A stretch of 56,541 nt of DNA from a virus. Its lineage: Duplodnaviria; Caudoviricetes. Positions 45,785 through 53,560 of this stretch are shown piece after piece. The DNA lies in IMG/VR virus record IMGVR_UViG_3300010354_000110, positions 1 through 56,541 of that record; one strand, 5' to 3'. Under the pieces are notes generated by a model that saw only the letters and a program-made list of their open reading frames with translations, was not told the DNA's origin and searched no databases. Each line of letters opens with the position of its first letter. Position 1 is the stretch's first letter. The translations under genes and the position numbers were made by a program.

Positions 45785-45995
45785 CCTCTTTGTACTTATC
45801 CATCACATCAAGAGACTTCTTACCCTCAGACGCAAGTGTGGTCTTCAGGTACTTCACTATTCGCTTTACCAGAGCATCATCACTCTCCCCGCACTGCACA
45901 TCTAGGCAGACAATAAAGTCCCTGAAATGCAGTCCGATAGAGTGGTGATTAGTCGTAGCGTTTAGTTTCGTTTTGTCATTGTAGTCTTTTGGCAT
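45765..45995 (-). CDS. hypothetical protein
   Basis: Coupled ORF with AGGAG RBS. Confidence 0.55.
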   Translation of the reverse strand: MPKDYNDKTKLNATTNHHSIGLHFRDFIVCLDVQCGESDDALVKRIVKYLKTTLASEGKKSLDVMDKYKEDADVDG

Positions 45996-46294
45996 TACTG
46001 CACTCCTGTGTAGTCAGCAGCACAGAAACCAGCAGACTGGAAAGCTGCCACAGCTTCTTCTCGACCAACATCGTAACCACGACTAAGCAGGTCATCATTA
46101 ACCCGCTTCCACTCAGCAAACCTGTCTGGAGACAGCAATATCAGATTCAGCTTACCAAAGCGACAGGACTTATCGGACTCGCTGTGGTCCCACAGGGTAT
46201 CTTCATCGATCCCATCAAGGCAGACAACAAGGTCAATATCAGAGTTCTTATGAGGAACTCCGTAGGCATAGCTGCCGGTGATGAATGCGTTCAT
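45995..46294 (-). CDS. minimal nucleotidyltransferase (Pol-beta superfamily)
   Basis: FITGSYAYG....SDIDLVV (hG[GS]...D.D signature). Confidence 0.8.
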   Translation of the reverse strand: MNAFITGSYAYGVPHKNSDIDLVVCLDGIDEDTLWDHSESDKSCRFGKLNLILLSPDRFAEWKRVNDDLLSRGYDVGREEAVAAFQSAGFCAADYTGVQ

Positions 46295-46322
46295 GCTGCT
46301 CCTATAGGTTAGAACTCACAGG

Positions 46323-46431
46323 CCCCTCAGGCTGGATTTGAACCAACAAGTTACTCTCAGATTATTGACCGGTCTGATCTGATTTCACGGCAGTTTGTAT
46401 CCTGCTGCGTTTACCGTTTCGCCACTGGGGG
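46323..46431 (-). ncRNA. tRNA-Leu-like element with irregular anticodon loop and ~40-nt variable arm
   Basis: CCCCCAG/CTGAGGG acceptor, TGGCGAAACGGTAAACGC D arm, GCAG-GATACAAA-CTGC, T arm GTTGG-TTCAAAT-CCAGC. Confidence 0.6.
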
Positions 46432-46438
46432 AGGCACG

Positions 46439-46537
46439 TCCAACGTGGCCGGAATTGCACCGACTAACAGGCCCCAAGTTGCATTTACTAACCCTGGTAT
46501 GCACACCCATGTGTCACTGTCCACACCGCACGTTGGA
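46439..46537 (-). ncRNA. tRNA-like RNA, family member 1
   Basis: TCCAACGTG/CACGTTGGA closing stem, GTGTG-GACAGTGA-CACAT arm, GTCGG-TGCAATT-CCGGC T-like arm. Confidence 0.65.
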
Positions 46538-46609
46538 AGATAAGAACGGGCAGGGCCTATCATTGAACACAAAGGACCAATGAGGAAGGGGTCACTGCCC
46601 TAGACCAAC

Positions 46610-46798
46610 CTAGTCCCGCCAATCGCCGCGGGGATCGAGTTGACCTTCTGTGCCAAAGAAGTCCTCTCCCAGCAAAGAATCCAACGCGACCTGCATGACT
46701 TCTGCCGCTTCTTTTTTCTGAGCATACTCAATAGTATCGAGATAGTCAGCAAACTTACGCAGAACCTTGACAACATTTCGACCAGTGCATTTAGGCTG
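46610..46798 (-). CDS. hypothetical protein
   Basis: LRKFADYLD...LDSLLGEDFFGTEGQLDPRGDWRD; probable start MSQPKC at about 46804. Confidence 0.55.
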   Translation of the reverse strand, partial: QPKCTGRNVVKVLRKFADYLDTIEYAQKKEAAEVMQVALDSLLGEDFFGTEGQLDPRGDWRD

Positions 46799-46928
46799 GG
46801 ACATACTAGACCTACGATAGAACAAAGAAAGAAAGAAACCGACACGGCACGTCGTGAGCGTGCGGATGCTTGGCAACACCCAGACCACATCTGTCTCGTG
46901 TCAGTCTGTCCCGAAGGACAGTACCGCC

Positions 46929-47408
46929 TTAGAAGTCCGCGACTGGCTCAGGAGCAGGAGCAGTCGCCTTGGGCTTCAGGCCAAACATAGCCCGCAACTT
47001 GAGTTTGTCAGTCTCAGTTGCAGGTTTCGCAATTGGATTGCGATTGCTGCGGGGAGTGGAGATATTGAAGCGATCAAACTCCTCTCCCTTGTCATTAGTA
47101 CTGACTCCGCAGTAAACCGGAACAACCTTACCAATCAGTGTCCCGGTCTCAACTGCAGTCAGCCAGTCGTCTGAATCGAGGACAGCAAGCTGATCCACGA
47201 CCACACCGGCTTCAAGAGACTTCTGAGACAGACTCATGAAGATGTCTACCACAGAACTACCGTCAACGGTGATCTTGACACCTTGTGGGTCGGTACGCTC
47301 CAGAAGCTGTACACTCAGGTTCAAACACGGATTGTCATTCTTCGTGTTACCCAAGTCAGCAGCCAAGATACGTGCAGTATATGCACCATTTTGATACTTA
47401 CGAGCCAT
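46929..47408 (-). CDS. putative single-stranded DNA-binding protein (DUF669-like)
   Basis: G.Y.ARI..ADLG.TK..NPCL; acidic-aromatic C-terminus ADF; downstream of a Sak4-like ATPase. Confidence 0.6.
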   Translation of the reverse strand: MARKYQNGAYTARILAADLGNTKNDNPCLNLSVQLLERTDPQGVKITVDGSSVVDIFMSLSQKSLEAGVVVDQLAVLDSDDWLTAVETGTLIGKVVPVYCGVSTNDKGEEFDRFNISTPRSNRNPIAKPATETDKLKLRAMFGLKPKATAPAPEPVADF

Positions 47409-48283
47409 TACTTCGATTCTCCCTTGGAAGTGTTAGAAGCCTTTGCTTGAGCCACAGCGGCTGAGAAGAAAGCGAATGCTTCTTTAGCGGACTTACCCAT
47501 TGAGATGGGTTCTGGGGGCAGTCCCCAGCGATTCTTTGCGGTTGCATTTGGTGACGGGTGGAAAACAATCTCTCGAATGTCTTCACTGAGTGCTCGGTTG
47601 CCCTTATCGGACTTCACCACAACAGGACGCTGTCGCATCCAACCGATACACCCAACATCACGATGCAGAACCTTGAGCAACTCTGTGTGAAGATCAAGAT
47701 CGATTCGATGGAACTCTTCACCGATTTCACCAGCAGGGTTCTTGTCCTTAACGAGTGCTGAATGTCCAAGCAGAATTACCCGCATAGGCTTCCCATCACA
47801 CCCGTTACGCTCAAGAATCTTGCGTACATCCGTGAGCCACTCAGAGAACTGGGATACGCAGGAGCGAAATCCCTGACCATTGTAACCCATGAACTTACGT
47901 TCTGCTGCCTCTTTTGTGCTGTTGTCAGACTTTGCCGACTGTTCAATGCACATCTCGGCTAAATTCAACTGAAACCCACCAAGGTTCTCGAACACAACTG
48001 TCTGACAGTCCACGGGAGTATCAGGGTTAGCCAGTGCCTTAGTCACTTCCCGAAGGTCTGCCCATGTGGTCGTCTCGATAGGAGCGATATCACTGACAAC
48101 CGTACCAGCACGGACTAGATCAGCATAACCACCGTCACGACCATCAGTCACGAACAATGGCTTAGGAAACTGAGAAGCGAAGGATGTCTTCCCATTCCCT
48201 GGCGAGCCGTAGACGACTAGAAGTTCCTTTTGGTCTGGGTTGACTGCCTTCCGCAAGCGGTCCAGAATACTTGCTGCTGCCAT
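47408..48283 (-). CDS. Sak4-like (AAA_24) ATPase/recombinase
   Basis: VYGSPGNGKTSFA, ILLGH, AKNRWGLP. Confidence 0.85.
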   Translation of the reverse strand: MAAASILDRLRKAVNPDQKELLVVYGSPGNGKTSFASQFPKPLFVTDGRDGGYADLVRAGTVVSDIAPIETTTWADLREVTKALANPDTPVDCQTVVFENLGGFQLNLAEMCIEQSAKSDNSTKEAAERKFMGYNGQGFRSCVSQFSEWLTDVRKILERNGCDGKPMRVILLGHSALVKDKNPAGEIGEEFHRIDLDLHTELLKVLHRDVGCIGWMRQRPVVVKSDKGNRALSEDIREIVFHPSPNATAKNRWGLPPEPISMGKSAKEAFAFFSAAVAQAKASNTSKGESK

Positions 48284-48369
48284 TGATGCTCCTGATTAGA
48301 GGGTTAAGGAAAACCGGGATGCCAGTCACCACTCTGGACATCCCGGACAGTCTCACAACTGTGAGGCAA

Positions 48370-48399
48370 ATGGTAGCATAACCACTTGCCATTTGTCAA
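48370..48399 (-). promoter_or_regulatory. sigma70-like promoter
   Basis: TTGACA-N18-TACCAT with TGn extended -10, on the minus strand. Confidence 0.55.
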
Positions 48400-49445
48400 G
48401 TCTCGGTCTTCTGAGGCTTTTCCAAGGGCAGGACAATTGGATCAACCAATCTGTCCGCTAGAAGAATCTCACGACCGGCGTGACACAGTGTACCAAGGTT
48501 CTGAGCCTTTGTCTTAACCTTGACCACAGGTTCAATCGGCTGTTCGCCGTAGCGATACAACCACTTCTGCCTGCAAAACTGAAAGATAGCCTCTTGACTC
48601 GGTGTTACCCCAAGTTCTGGCTTACCATCAGCCACTAACTGTCGCGGTTTGTACAATGTCGCAGCATTGCACTGATCGCTGCACAGCGGGTGGAATTCGC
48701 ACAAAGACCCGTAGTGGAGGCAGGCCCGAAGGTTCCTGTACGAACTAGAAGGATCACCTCCTCTCAAACGAGTTTGTTCCATCTGCGACTGCACCCAATG
48801 GGTTTTGTAGACGAACTCCAACAGTTGCTTTTCATTTCGACGGAAAAACCTCCTCTGAAAGCGATCTGGGTACTGTTCGTACCACGACATCAATCGCCGC
48901 CCATACAGCACAGGCGACTCTTTTTCATCACTAGGCACTTCCCTAGAAACCGGCCAGCCTGCGTACGTACCGAGGTCGTTAATCTCAGTCATAGCAGCCT
49001 TGGTCAGTTTCTTTGGCTCAATTCCAGGCTTCTGGACCACATCCCACTCCAGCCCCGCATCACTAAATCCAGCGGCATATAGCACGAACTGGTATTGTGT
49101 GAGTTGCGGATTGGTCAGTAGTTCTGTCCAGTAGTCATTACTGACGTACCCGGCAGTCTTCATGTCTGTTGCATGAATCTCTCCATTACGTTCAATAATG
49201 GAGTCAATGATTCCACCAATGTATCTCGGCTGCTGTGGTCGCAGGTCTTCTGGTAGATCATCAGGTACAGGCAGTTCAATGCAGAAAGGCACTTCTATCC
49301 CGCGAACCTTTATGTCTGCATCCTCACGCTCATACTTCATCCAGTAGCCGTACATGATAGCACGAGCAGTTTCTACGTCCCAATGATCGGCTCCTTCGTC
49401 TGCCTGCTTGTCATAGAAGTCATTCAGTTTTGCGATGAGATTAAT
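48396..49445 (-). CDS. PD-(D/E)xK (Cas4/RecB-like) exonuclease, circularly permuted, probable ATT start
   Basis: IEVPF, GIIDSI, DMKT, QLTQY, C..C.F..LC. The frame is open 30 codons upstream of ATG 49355 to an ATT with AGGAGG 7 nt before it. Confidence 0.8.
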   Translation of the reverse strand: MNLIAKLNDFYDKQADEGADHWDVETARAIMYGYWMKYEREDADIKVRGIEVPFCIELPVPDDLPEDLRPQQPRYIGGIIDSIIERNGEIHATDMKTAGYVSNDYWTELLTNPQLTQYQFVLYAAGFSDAGLEWDVVQKPGIEPKKLTKAAMTEINDLGTYAGWPVSREVPSDEKESPVLYGRRLMSWYEQYPDRFQRRFFRRNEKQLLEFVYKTHWVQSQMEQTRLRGGDPSSSYRNLRACLHYGSLCEFHPLCSDQCNAATLYKPRQLVADGKPELGVTPSQEAIFQFCRQKWLYRYGEQPIEPVVKVKTKAQNLGTLCHAGREILLADRLVDPIVLPLEKPQKTET

Positions 49446-49446
49446 T

Positions 49447-50073
49447 CTAACGCCTCCTAACTGATGTAGTTAGTGTATCAGGAATCGACCACCCAAGACT
49501 CAACCGCCGTCGTATCACACTCACGCTTATGCCTAGTAGCCTAGACCACTGTGTTATGGTCCTTGTCTCGCCGTTGAAAGATAGGAGCTTGCTAGACCGT
49601 TTGTTGTTCTCTTGCTCATCTTTAGTAGCCCAACGACAGTTATCTTTGCAGTAGTTGCCATTATTATCGATACGGTCGAGACTGTGCTTCTCTGATGGCC
49701 TGTCTCCCATATCTGCGTAGAACTGTTCAAAGGATGACCACTCAGGGCAGACTGTGATGCCACGACCGCCATAGTTCTTGTAGCACTCAAGCGACTCGGC
49801 TCCGCACCTACGACGCATAGCATGCCACGCATCATATTCCGGAGTTCCACGCTTCCCGTGTTTTGTCGTAGCCAGTTTTGCTCGCTCTATCCGCATACAA
49901 CCGCATGATTGTGTATGATTGGTCTTAAGACTTGTACCAAAAGCCGTTGTACACCCACCACAATTACACACGCACTCCCATCTGGTGCTTCCGCAACGAC
50001 TATTCTCAACCCGCCTAACAACAGTCAGTCTCCCAAATACCTGTCCAGTCAGGTCCAGTGCTTTCCTACCCAT
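49447..50073 (-). CDS. HNH homing endonuclease
   Basis: DLTGQVFGRL, SCGC, YGGRGI, HSLDRIDNNGNYCKDNCRWAT. Confidence 0.9.
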   Translation of the reverse strand: MGRKALDLTGQVFGRLTVVRRVENSRCGSTRWECVCNCGGCTTAFGTSLKTNHTQSCGCMRIERAKLATTKHGKRGTPEYDAWHAMRRRCGAESLECYKNYGGRGITVCPEWSSFEQFYADMGDRPSEKHSLDRIDNNGNYCKDNCRWATKDEQENNKRSSKLLSFNGETRTITQWSRLLGISVSVIRRRLSLGWSIPDTLTTSVRRR

Positions 50074-50086
50074 CTCAACCCCCTAA

Positions 50087-50281
50087 CTAGGTCCAACACA
50101 ACAGAAGAAAAGGACCAACACCGAAACTGTGCCAAGGACCATCATACCAGTCCTTATGATATCCCCAACTCCAGGCGGACAGTCCGTGGACTCCCTTGCA
50201 AGGAAACAGGTGAAGGGCTACATCGCGTGTGTAAACAGTACCGAGTCCCGCGTGTTTCCAGAAGAAAGAGAACCTAACCAT
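50087..50281 (-). CDS. hypothetical protein
   Basis: AGGAG RBS; WGYHKDWYDGPWHSFGVGP. Confidence 0.55.
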   Translation of the reverse strand: MVRFSFFWKHAGLGTVYTRDVALHLFPCKGVHGLSAWSWGYHKDWYDGPWHSFGVGPFLLLCWT

Positions 50282-50282
50282 A

Positions 50283-50510
50283 TCACTCTCCTGTTACACT
50301 AACCCCATCCCAGGTCAGTGGAGCAAGCTCCTGCACTGTCACATCAAACTGCTGCTCCTCTTGCAACAAATCAACCTCACCTTGCAACTTAGCATAGGCA
50401 GGCAGGACCATATTGACAAACTGCGAATGGAACTGGCACATCGAAACACAGCCTGGATGTGCTGGAAAGATACTCACAACGTAGTCAAGAATCTCTTTCT
50501 CTGTGTTCAT
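50283..50510 (-). CDS. hypothetical protein
   Basis: 75-aa ORF in operon. Confidence 0.5.
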   Translation of the reverse strand: MNTEKEILDYVVSIFPAHPGCVSMCQFHSQFVNMVLPAYAKLQGEVDLLQEEQQFDVTVQELAPLTWDGVSVTGE

Positions 50511-50769
50511 TTCCCGTCATCCTTTCAAGGGTTTGTAGTAGCAACCATAGATCAGTCAGGCACTCTCTGTGGTCGCTATGAGCCAAAGACCAGCAAGCCC
50601 ATCTTGCCTGTTCTTTCTCTTCATCTGTGGTCTGATTTGATCTGATGATATGGATGTATGGAGCGATCACTCCGAAGAACTCGATCATCAGAGTTTCTTC
50701 AACCAATCGAACAACTTGAGAATCAGTACTGTACAGACAGTCAGTACACCGCAGTACAGAAACATCCAC
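50485..50769 (-). CDS. hypothetical protein
   Basis: 94-aa ORF; start uncertain. Confidence 0.45.
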   Translation of the reverse strand: MDVSVLRCTDCLYSTDSQVVRLVEETLMIEFFGVIAPYIHIIRSNQTTDEEKEQARWACWSLAHSDHRECLTDLWLLLQTLERMTGNEHRERDS

Positions 50770-50842
50770 GCCGACGTTGTGGAAGTGAACTCAGTAAAAC
50801 TCTGCCAGAATCTGTCCACAGAACACCTCTCAAAATGCTTCC

Positions 50843-50941
50843 AAATCGCACAGGATCGCGTATGGAGCCTTCAAACGGGTCAGGACGTACTTTGAGTCGT
50901 CCTGAGAATTTGAAGCCCGTATAGGGCATCCTATGCGTTTG
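50843..50941. repeat. dispersed ~95-bp imperfect palindrome, copy D
   Basis: AAATCGCACAGGATCG ... CAGGACGTACTTTGAGTCGTCCTG ... CATCCTATGCGTTTG. Confidence 0.6.
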
Positions 50942-50944
50942 CAG

Positions 50945-51142
50945 CTAGTTTGTGGTCACTCGAAGTTCTGAACAGGCAGCGTCCCATAAGGTAGCTGCGG
51001 GCTGATCTGGCCTTTTGAACTTGTTGAATGCATCCCGCTCACCACACAGTTGAAAGTACTGGATAGTTAGGATGATGCCAACAAAGCAAAGAAACACGAC
51101 AGCAGCACTACCATCAGAACCAGAGCCACGACGAAACTGCAT
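50945..51142 (-). CDS. small membrane protein
   Basis: GGAG RBS before MQFRRG; TM AAVVFLCFVGIILTI. Confidence 0.6.
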   Translation of the reverse strand: MQFRRGSGSDGSAAVVFLCFVGIILTIQYFQLCGERDAFNKFKRPDQPAATLWDAACSELRVTTN

Positions 51143-51169
51143 GGTGCACTCCAAAAGTGTTATGTGAAA

Positions 51170-51288
51170 TTGACGTGGCCGGAATCGAACCGGCTTGGAA
51201 CACCTATTGGCCGCAACCCGTGCCGTTTCCGCTTGGGCTGTAGGTTCCGCCGTCATCGCTGCGTGTCACCGTCCACGCCGCACGTCAA
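51170..51288 (-). ncRNA. tRNA-like RNA, family member 2
   Basis: TTGACGTG/CACGTCAA closing stem, GCGTG-GACGGTGA-CACGC arm, GCCGG-TTCGATT-CCGGC T arm. Confidence 0.68.
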
Positions 51289-51367
51289 CGCCGGTCTATC
51301 CCGGCTGTCTGCTGAACACGCCATTACTGACGCATTCGTTACGACACCTACACATGGTAGATACGTA

Positions 51368-51438
51368 TGTTCTCTGATGGGAGTCGAACCCATCACGAAG
51401 ATGATTTGTTCACCCTCGCAGTATCCGGCTAGAGAACA
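51368..51438 (-). ncRNA. D-armless tRNA-like element
   Basis: TGTTCTCT/AGAGAACA stem, 10-bp hairpin, GATGGG-TTCGACT-CCCATC T arm. Confidence 0.55.
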
Positions 51439-51569
51439 CCCAGCAGATTTCCGCCTATCGCGATTACCTACTCTCGTCAGAATAGGCAGGCTTCCCGACT
51501 GCTGGATTAGACTCCCCAAAATTGCACTCGGTCCTAGGCATGCCCGTTACCGGTCGTGTGGGGAGTTCA

Positions 51570-51645
51570 TGGTGGAGGCCAGATTTGAACTGGCGATCTT
51601 CAGCTAATGAGGCTGACGGGGACGACCAGACTCCCCTACTCCACT
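51570..51645 (-). tRNA. tRNA-Met(CAT), initiator-like
   Basis: AGTGGAG/CTCCACC with 1:72 mismatch, GGGG..CCCC D stem, TCAGC-CTCATTA-GCTGA, AGATC variable loop, GCCAG-TTCAAAT-CTGGC. Confidence 0.82.
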
Positions 51646-51681
51646 GCATTTGCGAAGGATAGCACAACCTGCTGGCGGTTG

Positions 51682-51912
51682 TCAAGTGTAGCCAAAGAGA
51701 CGCCAGAACCAGTTCGGCTTTTGGTAAGTACCGAACCATTGTAATGATTCTGTTGTAACTGGTAGACAGGGGAAGCCATGTATGCGGTATTGTACATACA
51801 AACCATCCTCAGAGACATCACTGATAACAGCATTGCTGTACGATACAAAACCATACATGTCCTTGTGCTTAATCCGCCAGTGTTGGCCGATCTGCGGTGC
51901 TGTTGCATCCAT
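51682..51912 (-). CDS. hypothetical protein
   Basis: PQIGQHWR... SH3-like; coupled to the upstream gene. Confidence 0.55.
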   Translation of the reverse strand: MDATAPQIGQHWRIKHKDMYGFVSYSNAVISDVSEDGLYVQYRIHGFPCLPVTTESLQWFGTYQKPNWFWRLFGYT

Positions 51913-52940
51913 CAGGCAACCCCTCCATCGACTCGGCGGTACATCCCGACCACCTGATAATCAGGTTCAGTGTGTTCATGGACATACTCCAGTTCAGACA
52001 GTCTGACCACAGGGAAGAAGCCATCTAGTCTGCTTTTGTGGCCGCTGTCCCTCAGCAGTGAGACCCGGACTCCAAGATTGTCCAAGTTTCGTCTAGCTCC
52101 GATCAGACGACCCGAAGTCACACGGTAATGATGGTCTGAACGGATATTGTCTTTCAGCTTTGTGTTAGCAGAACCAGAACTGTACATCGTAGGTGTGGTC
52201 ATTCGACTCAGCATCGAAATGAGTTCATCCACTACTGCCTCACACGCCTCTTTCTGACTGTCGTTCATCTCTGAAGGTGGTGTATCTTTGCAAACTTTAG
52301 CATGAGCAACGCAGGACAACGCTTCCATGCTGGAGTTCACGTTGCAGGCCAGAGAGAACGGCATGTCTGCACCAACCAGTTTGAGTTGCTGATTGATGTA
52401 ATCTACCTGCTCATCAGACAAAGCAGTGTAAAGATCAGCACCGTGCAACAGGATGTCACGATAACCCAATTTGATTGCGATGTCAACCGCCTGCAACATC
52501 GAATCGCGGGTGTCAATCACAGGACCCAGTGTGAACAGCTCACCATTGCTTGCTCGCTTCTGTGGATCAAAGAAGACCACAGATGGGCACTCTGCTAAGG
52601 TAGCTGTGCCGTCCCTTAGCAGCTCACCTGCACGATTTGATGGGGCAAACTTGATGGTTCTGGGATCGTAGAACACAACCTGATCGAACCTTGCTGGATT
52701 GTCGTAACCGGTCCAGTAAGTAGGGAAGAGTCGAGCATTTGTTCCTGTAGGCCTATGCCCGCAGTTCACTGAAAGACTTGCCGACCCCTTGGATAATAAA
52801 ATACTCTGAACACTGTCCCAGGTGGCTGACGGTCCTCCAAGAAGGATAACGATAGACTGCCTTTTAGCTGATGAGCACAGGCCAAGCAGACCATCTGCGT
52901 CTCGCTTAAAACCGTCTGGTAGAAGGCGGTGAAAGATCAT
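51912..52940 (-). CDS. DUF115/MAF-family glycosyltransferase-like protein
   Basis: VILLGGPSA, LSVN, AVDIAIKLGYRDILLHGADL. Confidence 0.65.
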   Translation of the reverse strand: MIFHRLLPDGFKRDADGLLGLCSSAKRQSIVILLGGPSATWDSVQSILLSKGSASLSVNCGHRPTGTNARLFPTYWTGYDNPARFDQVVFYDPRTIKFAPSNRAGELLRDGTATLAECPSVVFFDPQKRASNGELFTLGPVIDTRDSMLQAVDIAIKLGYRDILLHGADLYTALSDEQVDYINQQLKLVGADMPFSLACNVNSSMEALSCVAHAKVCKDTPPSEMNDSQKEACEAVVDELISMLSRMTTPTMYSSGSANTKLKDNIRSDHHYRVTSGRLIGARRNLDNLGVRVSLLRDSGHKSRLDGFFPVVRLSELEYVHEHTEPDYQVVGMYRRVDGGVA

Positions 52941-53158
52941 GCTGGCTCCTTGAAGATCACTGGATGGTATCCGACCGGCCCTTGCCTGAATATATCCCAG
53001 ATCAGAGAAGACTCAGGACGATCACCGGAGCGGAGTTCTTCTACGCAGCGTCTGGGTCCTGAGGTGGCACCAAGCCCGAAGTAAGCTGCGTGTCGTCCGT
53101 CAGGGGCAATCTTACGCACTATGCAGCCTAGTTCTGGTATGACAATGTACTGTTGCAC
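52937..53158 (-). CDS. hypothetical protein; paralog of 31554..31787
   Basis: MQQYIVIPELGCIVRKIAPDGRHAAYF; AGGAG RBS. Confidence 0.65.
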   Translation of the reverse strand: MQQYIVIPELGCIVRKIAPDGRHAAYFGLGATSGPRRCVEELRSGDRPESSLIWDIFRQGPVGYHPVIFKEPA

Positions 53159-53190
53159 ATGATCTCCTGATTCTGTTCGCTGAGAATCAC

Positions 53191-53219
53191 AGGATAACGA
53201 AAGGCCGGGGGCTTGTCAA
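53191..53219 (-). promoter_or_regulatory. sigma70-like promoter
   Basis: TTGACA-N17-TATCCT on the minus strand, upstream of the RBS and gene at 53158. Confidence 0.65.
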
Positions 53220-53362
53220 CTGATCTGCCTACAGACTGAGGTTGTTGAGCCAATCTTCAAACCCCTCCACTTTATCCATATCATCTCTTCCCATGAATGC
53301 AACCGCGAACGCGGTATTAGTCGAGAAGTCTCCAAAGGCAAACACCAAGAAGAGGTCAAGAC

Positions 53363-53560
53363 TCATGTTGATTCCTTGATAAAGACACCGAAAAGTGTGA
53401 AGCAGCCCACAGCAACGATGGAACAAACAACAGAGGCTGTTGCGGCCCTGTTGTCTCGCACCTTCTCGGCAGCCCCGTTGATGTTGCCGTCTTCTTCAGC
53501 ATAGCCTAATGCACAGACCGTGTAAAGACCTGCACACACAAGAGCAGCGATTTGAATCAT
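53363..53560 (-). CDS. small two-TM membrane protein
   Basis: MIQIAALVCAGLYTVCALG ... SVVCSIVAVGCFTLFGVFI. Confidence 0.5.
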   Translation of the reverse strand: MIQIAALVCAGLYTVCALGYAEEDGNINGAAEKVRDNRAATASVVCSIVAVGCFTLFGVFIKEST

